Below are positions 25,094 through 31,156 of a stretch of DNA of 31,156 bases, piece after piece. The translations under genes and the position numbers were made by a program. The notes beneath the pieces are model-generated. The model was not told where the DNA came from, did no database searches, and saw only the letters and a program-made list of their open reading frames with translations. This stretch comes from Vulcanimicrobiota bacterium (GTDB lineage: Bacteria > Vulcanimicrobiota > Vulcanimicrobiia > Vulcanimicrobiales > Vulcanimicrobiaceae), in assembly GCA_003135555.1 (NCBI GenBank), contig PLCF01000054.1, forward strand, positions 96,049 through 127,204, given 5' to 3'. The first letter of the stretch is position 1, and every line of letters starts with the position of its first letter.

Positions 25094-26421
25094 CCAGCCT
25101 CACCGGCAAGACCCTAGCGGGGCGGTACCGCGTCAACGCGGAGATCGGGCGCGGCGGGATGGCCGACGTCTACCGCGGCATCGACGTCGTGCTCGATCGC
25201 GCGGTGGCGATCAAAGTGCTCACCGAGCGTGACGACGGCGAGCGCGATCGCTTCCTGCGTGAGGCCCGCTCCATGGCGCGCTTGAATCACCGCAACGTGG
25301 TGGCCGTCTACGACGCGGGCCGCGACGAGGGGTGGTCCTTCATCATCATGGAGCTGGTGGAAGGGCGCACGCTGGGATCGGTGCCGGCGCACGAGCTCAC
25401 CGTACACACCGCGATCCGCCACTACGTCGAGATCCTCGAGGCGCTGGCGTACGCGCACGGCAACGGCGTCATCCACCGTGACGTCAAGCCTGCCAACGTG
25501 ATGGTGCTGCCCAGCGGCGCCGTGAAGGTCATGGATTTCGGGCTAGCGCGGCGCACCAGCGACATGTCCGGCGCGACAAGCGCCGGCGAGATCGTCGGGA
25601 CGATCGCCTACCTTCCCCCGGAGCGGTTCTTGGGCAAAGTCGCGGACGCCCGCAGCGACCTCTACTCGGTCGGTGTGATGCTCTTCGAGACGTTTACCGG
25701 GACGCTGCCCTTCAAGAGCGAGAGCGACGACCTCGTCGCGGTCATCTACGGTCACGTCAACGAGCCGCCGCCGCCGCCGCGCAGCGTGAACCGTGCCGTG
25801 CCCGCGCAGATCGAGCGCATCATCCTCAAGCTGCTCGAAAAAGAACCCGAGCGGCGCTATCAAACGGCGCAGGATGCAGCGGCCGATCTGCGCGCGCTCG
25901 TTACCGGGCCGGCCGACGTGAGCGACCCCGGTATGGAGCAACCGCCCTCGCCTGCGACCGCCGCGCAGTCGCGCAAGGGAGCGCCGCCGCCGCCGGGTCA
26001 GGCGGCGGCGCGAACGAGCAGCGTCGAGGCCGACGCGCGCGAGATGCTGGCACGCACGTTCGGATCATCGAAGGCCGTCGACGTCGGCTACTCCGAAACG
26101 CTGGCCGGGATGCTGGCGACGCGCAAGCGCGACTATCCCGAGGCGTCGCGCGCGTATCGCGCCGCGCTGACGGCGTTCAGCGAGGCCAAGAACGAACTCG
26201 AGTACGCCAAGACCGCGTTGAAGTTCGGCACGATGGTGCTGCAGAAGCACAACGAGGGCGAAAGCCGGAGCGGGGCCTCCAACCGCCGCGAACTTTCCGA
26301 CGCGGTCGACATCCTCACCGAAGCGCTACCGAGCTTCCGCGGGCGCGCGATGCTCAAAGAGCTCGAGGAAGGCGAACGCCTCCTCTACGCGCTGCAGCGG
26401 ACGCTGATCCGGATACGCTGA
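25090..26421 (+). CDS. Hanks-type Ser/Thr protein kinase, soluble, with helical C-terminal domain
   Basis: GRGGMADV, VAIK, HRDVKPAN, DFG, GTIAYLPPE, DLYSVG; Pro-rich linker; no TM segment seen. Confidence 0.93.
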   Translation: MTSLTGKTLAGRYRVNAEIGRGGMADVYRGIDVVLDRAVAIKVLTERDDGERDRFLREARSMARLNHRNVVAVYDAGRDEGWSFIIMELVEGRTLGSVPAHELTVHTAIRHYVEILEALAYAHGNGVIHRDVKPANVMVLPSGAVKVMDFGLARRTSDMSGATSAGEIVGTIAYLPPERFLGKVADARSDLYSVGVMLFETFTGTLPFKSESDDLVAVIYGHVNEPPPPPRSVNRAVPAQIERIILKLLEKEPERRYQTAQDAAADLRALVTGPADVSDPGMEQPPSPATAAQSRKGAPPPPGQAAARTSSVEADAREMLARTFGSSKAVDVGYSETLAGMLATRKRDYPEASRAYRAALTAFSEAKNELEYAKTALKFGTMVLQKHNEGESRSGASNRRELSDAVDILTEALPSFRGRAMLKELEEGERLLYALQRTLIRIR

Positions 26422-26429
26422 CCGCGCCG

Positions 26430-27779
26430 ATGCGCGCGATCGATGCCGTCGAGCACCGCGATGCCGGCGCGGCGCTGCGCCGTCTCGCCACCCCCAACGC
26501 GCTCGCCATGGTCGGCGATCAGCTGCTCGGGATCGTCGACACGATCGCAATCGGCGTGCTGGGCACCGCAGCGCTGGCGGGGATCACCGGCGCGGTCGGC
26601 GTCTTCATGGTCCTGGGCATCGGTTTGTTCGCCTTCGGCAGCGGCGTGCGCATCATCGGGGCGCAAGCGATCGGCGCCGGACAGAGCGAACGCTTCGGTG
26701 CGATCGTCCGCGCCGCGGTCGTCGTCCCGCTCGCGATCGCCGCGCTCGCGACGCTGGCGTCGGTGGTCACGGCGCGGCCGCTGATGCACGCCATCCTCCC
26801 TGCCGGCGCGCCGCTCGACGCGGCTTCGCGGTATCTGGTGCTGCGCTGCTGCTGCCTCATTCCGATGGTGTGCAGCGGGATGCTGGCCGTCGCGTTCGCG
26901 ACCGCGGGCGACTCCAAGCTCACCCTGCGGCTGCTCATCGTCATCAACGTGGTGCACGTTCCGCTCGTCTTCGTGCTGGCGTTGGGCGCCGTGACCCATC
27001 ATGCCTTCGGCATGACGGGGGCCGGCATCTCGTCGCTGATCGCCGAGTTCGTCGGGCTCGCTTACGCGGTTTATGCGACGATGAAGCGGCCCGAGTTGGG
27101 AATCTTTGCTGCGCGCACCATCGACCGTGCGCTGGTGCGGCTGACCGCGGCGATCAGCTGGCCGGAGTTCGTCTTCCTCGTATTGCAGATCGTGCCCGAG
27201 CCGGTCACCATCGCACTGCTGGCTCCGTACGGCACGGAATCCGTGGCGGCGTTTCGCGCGCTGTCGCTGGTGAGCGACGTGACGTGGTCGCTGCCGGGCG
27301 CGCTAGGCGATGCATCGGAGATCGTTGTCGGTCAGCGCATCGGCGCGCGCGACTACGACGGCGCCCTGACATTCCAACGCAGCGCGACCCGGTTGAGCGT
27401 GCTCGTCTGCGGCTTGGTCGGGGTGACGTTTGCATGTCTGGCGTGGCCGCTCGCCGCGCTGTGCACCCTCAGCCCGGCGCTGGCGTCGCTCGCAGCGGCG
27501 CCACTCGCGCTGCATGTCGGCGTGACGCTGCCGCTCAAAGGCTACGCGATGACGGTGCTCGCGCCGATTCGCGGCGCCGGCGACACGCGCTTCGTGATGA
27601 TGATGGGGATCGTCACGACGCTTGTCGCGGTCGGCACCGTCTATGCCGGGATCAGGCTGCTGCATCTCGGGCTCTGGTCGGTCCCCATCGGCTGGACCGC
27701 CGGTTGGCTCGTGCGCAGCGCGATCACCACCGTGCGTTTGGACGGCGGCGACTGGCGGCGGCGCACCCTGGCGGCATGA
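26430..27779 (+). CDS. MATE family efflux transporter
   Basis: 449 aa polytopic; VDTIAIGVLGTAALAG, AGDSK, GQRIGA, RGAGDTR. Confidence 0.88.
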   Translation: MRAIDAVEHRDAGAALRRLATPNALAMVGDQLLGIVDTIAIGVLGTAALAGITGAVGVFMVLGIGLFAFGSGVRIIGAQAIGAGQSERFGAIVRAAVVVPLAIAALATLASVVTARPLMHAILPAGAPLDAASRYLVLRCCCLIPMVCSGMLAVAFATAGDSKLTLRLLIVINVVHVPLVFVLALGAVTHHAFGMTGAGISSLIAEFVGLAYAVYATMKRPELGIFAARTIDRALVRLTAAISWPEFVFLVLQIVPEPVTIALLAPYGTESVAAFRALSLVSDVTWSLPGALGDASEIVVGQRIGARDYDGALTFQRSATRLSVLVCGLVGVTFACLAWPLAALCTLSPALASLAAAPLALHVGVTLPLKGYAMTVLAPIRGAGDTRFVMMMGIVTTLVAVGTVYAGIRLLHLGLWSVPIGWTAGWLVRSAITTVRLDGGDWRRRTLAA

Positions 27780-27983
27780 CCGAAAATGGTCTTCGGGGGC
27801 ACGCCGAGAAAGGGTCGCGCTCGGCCGAGGGAGCGGCCGACGTTCGGTGCTGCAACTGCGGTTTCTTTAGGGGAACTGCGAGCGCACCGTTTGACGCCGG
27901 CGGCTCGTCCGTCACACCGAGGATCGTCCGGTACCGCGCAATTCGGCACTTTCTAGCGTCATAGATGTCCGCGGGGAGACACG

Positions 27984-28286
27984 ATGACCGACGATGACTC
28001 GCCCCTTCAACCACCTGACGTCCGGAGCGTGAAATCAGGCGCTTCGGTGACCGACCTTGCGACGCGCCGCTGCCGCCGGGACATCCTGCGCTCGATCACC
28101 GTCGTGTTCGGCGGCGTCCACTACGGCACGATCACCATCGATGCGCCGTACGCCACGGGCAAACCGATGGCGCTGTACCTCGTGTCGGCGCGCGGCGACG
28201 CCGAGGCGGGCGACCTGGCGGGGCCGCTCGACTGCCTCATCACCGACGACGCGTCGCTCGTGACGCGCCACCACGCCGTGCGCTAA
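27984..28286 (+). CDS. Small hypothetical protein
   Basis: GGAG RBS before ATG 27984; GC3-biased 3' portion; family not recognised. Confidence 0.55.
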   Translation: MTDDDSPLQPPDVRSVKSGASVTDLATRRCRRDILRSITVVFGGVHYGTITIDAPYATGKPMALYLVSARGDAEAGDLAGPLDCLITDDASLVTRHHAVR

Positions 28287-28301
28287 CCCGGGTACGCGGG
28301 G

Positions 28302-28739
28302 CTAGGGGTCGGCGTACGCCTCGGCGTCGTCGGCCTCGAAGATCTCGAAAAAGGTGGTCAACTCAGGACGCCGTTCCATGACGGGGTGGTTTTGCCGCAC
28401 GCGTTCCTGGAACTCGGGCGGCAGCCGGTCGACGGTCATGAGCGCGAGCTTCGCGCTCGTCTCCGCGGCCAGCGCAGCGTCAACGCGCGCTTGCAACCAC
28501 GCCGCAACCTCGTCTTCGTCTTCCGCGCCGGCGACGACGCCGCGCAGCTCCTCCATGTCGACGCCGATGCGCTTGCACATGAACGCGCTCAAGCCGTCGG
28601 GGCGGTTGAGGTATTTGGCCATCTTCCCGCCCGGCATCTCGGCGCGCAGCTTGTCGATCGTGCGCGGCATGAAGGCCAGCCCGGCGAGGGTCTCCCGCGG
28701 GCCCCGCGGGGGCCGCATGGTGAGGTCGAGCGGTTGCAT
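28302..28739 (-). CDS. DUF5069-like protein
   Basis: DLT..PPR.PRE.LAGL...PR.IDK.RA N-terminus and terminal ..ADD pattern typical of this family (recognition only). Confidence 0.75.
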   Translation of the reverse strand: MQPLDLTMRPPRGPRETLAGLAFMPRTIDKLRAEMPGGKMAKYLNRPDGLSAFMCKRIGVDMEELRGVVAGAEDEDEVAAWLQARVDAALAAETSAKLALMTVDRLPPEFQERVRQNHPVMERRPELTTFFEIFEADDAEAYADP

Positions 28740-28749
28740 CGGGCTCTCT

Positions 28750-29796
28750 TCAGCGCTCGGCCAAATAACGCTTGCGCAATGCGTCCAGGACCAGGGCCAA
28801 CAGGATCACCGCACCTAGGACGATCAGCTGCGTGTACGGGTCGACATGGGTCAGGTTCATCACGTTGTAGAGCACGCCGATCAGCAACGCGCCCAAGAAC
28901 GTCCCCACGATCGTCCCGCGGCCGCCCATGAGCGACGTTCCGCCGACGACCACGGCGGCGATCGCCTGCAACTCGTAACCGTTCCCGTTCTGGGGCGCGC
29001 CCGAGCCGAAGCGCGCCAACAGCAAGAGCCCTGCGAGCGCGGCGCAGCTGCCCGAGATCATGTAGACCAGCGTCTTGACGCGACCGGTGTCGATGCCCGC
29101 CAAGCGCGCCGCCTCCTCGTTGCCGCCGACCGCGAGGACGTAGCGCCCAAACGCGGTTCGTCCCAACAGCAGCGCCAAGGCGATTGCGACCACGCCCATG
29201 ACCAACACCGCGTACGGAATCCCGGGCAGGCCGAAAAGCCCGGGCAGGAGATAGCCGCTCCCCAACCAGTCGAAGGGGACGCTCGAGTGCAGCACGATCG
29301 GCTGGCCGTGCGCGATGGTGAAAGCCAGACCGCGTGCGACCTGCATCATCGCCAGCGTGGTGATGAACGGCGGCAGGTTGAGCCGCACGACCGGCCACGC
29401 GTTGATCCATCCCGCCGCGCATCCGATCGCCACGCCCGCGAGCAGCGTGACGACGAAGTTCGCCGGACCGCCGAACGGCAACGCATTCGAAACCTGGGCC
29501 AGCGCCACGCCGCTCAGCGCCACCAACGAGCCGACCGACAGATCGATCCCCGCGGTGATGATCACAAACGTCTGGCCGGCCGCCATGATCGCGTTCACGG
29601 TGATCTGGCGCAGGACGTTGGTGATGTTTGCGGGCTCGAGAAAATAGCCGTGGGCGAGCGCGTTGACGGCCAGCACGAGCACCACGAATCCGATCGCGAT
29701 CCCGCCGGTGCGCACCGCCGCGTTGCGGCGCTTCTTGGCCGCGACGTCGCCGGCACGGGCGTCCATGACGGCCTTGACGTCCACGTCGGGCGTCAC
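28750..29796 (-). CDS. Monosaccharide ABC transporter permease (RbsC-like)
   Basis: TFVIITAGIDLSVG, PPFITTL, FGRYVLAVGGNEEAARLAG, YELQAIAAVVVGG; GTG overlaps ATPase stop. Confidence 0.93.
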   Translation of the reverse strand: MTPDVDVKAVMDARAGDVAAKKRRNAAVRTGGIAIGFVVLVLAVNALAHGYFLEPANITNVLRQITVNAIMAAGQTFVIITAGIDLSVGSLVALSGVALAQVSNALPFGGPANFVVTLLAGVAIGCAAGWINAWPVVRLNLPPFITTLAMMQVARGLAFTIAHGQPIVLHSSVPFDWLGSGYLLPGLFGLPGIPYAVLVMGVVAIALALLLGRTAFGRYVLAVGGNEEAARLAGIDTGRVKTLVYMISGSCAALAGLLLLARFGSGAPQNGNGYELQAIAAVVVGGTSLMGGRGTIVGTFLGALLIGVLYNVMNLTHVDPYTQLIVLGAVILLALVLDALRKRYLAER

Positions 29797-31156
29797 GCCG
29801 CCGCGCTCCCCAGCGCGACCGCGATCACCTTGTCGGGGGTGGCTTGAGCGCGCGCGAACTCGGCGCGGATCTCGCCGCCGCGCACGACCAGGACGCGGTG
29901 CGACATGCCGAGCACCTCGGGCAGATCGCTCGACACCATCACGATCGCGGCACCCTGCCGCAGCAACTCGACCATGAGCGCATAGACCTCGGCCTTCGCG
30001 CCCACGTCGATCCCGCGCGTCGGCTCGTCGAAGAGAAACACGCGCGCGCGGCCGATGAGCCATTTGCCGAGCACGACCTTTTGCTGATTGCCGCCGGAGA
30101 GGTTGCGGACGGTCTGCTCGGCGGACGGCGTGCGAATCCGCAGCTCCGCGATCTTGGCATTGGTCGCCTCGGTCTCGGCAGCGCGGTCCACGAAGATCCC
30201 GCGCACGAACGCGCCCAGATGCGCCAGCGTCGTGTTCTCGCGCACGGTCATGCCCAGCACCAGTCCTTGGGCCTTGCGGTCCTCGGTGATGAGCGCGATC
30301 CCCGCCCGAATCGCGCTGCGCGGCGAGCGCACGACCACCCGCGCGCCGCCGACGCGAATCTCACCCTCGGTCGGCACGTCGGCGCCGGCGATGGCACGCA
30401 CGATCTCGGTCCGCCCCGCACCCACGAGCCCGGCTAGGCCGACGATCTCGCCGGCGTGCACTTGGAAGGAGACGTCGCTCACGCGCACCCCGCTCGCCGC
30501 GCTGATGCCGCGGACGTCGAGCACGACCGGCGCGTCGGCGCCGACCTCCGGCAGGTCGGGGAAATGATTCTCCAGCTCGCGCCCGACCATGAGCCTGATC
30601 ACGTCCGCCTGCGGCATCTGCGCGATGGGCCGCGTGTCGATCGCCTTCCCGTCGCGCAAGACCGTGACCCGATCGGCGATCCGCGGCAGCTCTTCGAGGC
30701 GGTGCGAGATGTAGACGAAAGCGACGTTTTGCGCCTTGAGCGTGGCGATGAGCGCGAAGAGGGCATCGATCTCGCGCTCCGTCAGTGCCGCCGTGGGCTC
30801 GTCCATGACGATCAGGCGTGCTTTGCGCACCAAGCACTTCGCGATCTCGGTCAGCTGCTGCTCGGCGACGGAGAGCCGCCGCGCAGGGCGGTCGAGCGGC
30901 AGCGCGATCCCGAGCTCGCCCAACACCTTGGCGGCTTCGCTCGCTGCGGCGCCGCGGTCGAGGAACGCCCCGCGCCGGGGCTCCACGCCGAGCACGATGT
31001 TCTCGATCACCCCCAGATCGGGGACCAGGTTGAACTCCTGATAGATCATCCCGATCCCCAGCTGCTCGGCCGCCCGGGGACCGTCGATGAGCACGCGTTT
31101 GCCGTCGACGTCGATCTCGCCCGAGTCGGCGGGCTGCGCGCCGGACAGGATCTTCA
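29793..31156 (-). CDS. Monosaccharide ABC transporter ATP-binding protein (RbsA-like), 5'-truncated
   Basis: Two NBDs: IVMDEPT, ISHRL, GLVGAGRTE, LSGGNQQK, DEPTRGIDVGAK. Confidence 0.93.
   Translation of the reverse strand, partial: KILSGAQPADSGEIDVDGKRVLIDGPRAAEQLGIGMIYQEFNLVPDLGVIENIVLGVEPRRGAFLDRGAAASEAAKVLGELGIALPLDRPARRLSVAEQQLTEIAKCLVRKARLIVMDEPTAALTEREIDALFALIATLKAQNVAFVYISHRLEELPRIADRVTVLRDGKAIDTRPIAQMPQADVIRLMVGRELENHFPDLPEVGADAPVVLDVRGISAASGVRVSDVSFQVHAGEIVGLAGLVGAGRTEIVRAIAGADVPTEGEIRVGGARVVVRSPRSAIRAGIALITEDRKAQGLVLGMTVRENTTLAHLGAFVRGIFVDRAAETEATNAKIAELRIRTPSAEQTVRNLSGGNQQKVVLGKWLIGRARVFLFDEPTRGIDVGAKAEVYALMVELLRQGAAIVMVSSDLPEVLGMSHRVLVVRGGEIRAEFARAQATPDKVIAVALGSAAA

Noticed and set aside
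19082..26421. vWA plus kinase as a TerY-phosphorylation triad
   Set aside because: The genes are 5 kb apart on opposite strands, there is no PP2C phosphatase, and the kinase is embedded in a housekeeping operon.
1..31156. CRISPR arrays, tRNA/rRNA genes, transposases, integrases
   Set aside because: No regularly spaced repeats, cloverleaf or rRNA signatures, or recombinase motifs were seen.

Overview
High-GC bacterial chromosomal window, mostly housekeeping genes. The gene content (split gcvPA/PB, rplU-prp, trmD-rplS-lepB-rbgA-rnhB-yraN) is Firmicutes-like, and together with the high GC suggests a Terrabacteria lineage such as Eremiobacterota (inference only). Left to right: glycine cleavage genes (gcvPB partial, gcvPA, gcvH, gcvT) downstream of polyamine genes speH/speE (all minus strand); cdd; a stand-alone sufB; a VirB10-like secreted protein; an alpha/beta hydrolase; an FKBP; a Rieske ferredoxin; an amidinotransferase-fold enzyme; a PaoABC-like molybdo-flavoenzyme operon with a Moco nucleotidyltransferase; rplU-prp without rpmA; a lytic transglycosylase; a Tat subunit; a TPR protein; trmD; an inserted wHTH-vWA cassette; a diverged tandem duplication of promoter-rplS-lepB plus a third lepB; rbgA, rnhB, yraN; a Ser/Thr kinase; a MATE transporter; a DUF5069-like protein; and a sugar ABC transporter (ATPase partial). 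The most notable elements are: (1) a ~235-nt structured leader with a translationally coupled upstream ORF in front of the UUG-start S-adenosylmethionine decarboxylase gene, a candidate polyamine-responsive control element; (2) the vWA cassette plus rplS-lepB duplication; (3) Prp without adjacent L27; (4) an operator-like inverted repeat at the sufB promoter. No tRNA, rRNA, CRISPR array, transposase or integrase was seen.
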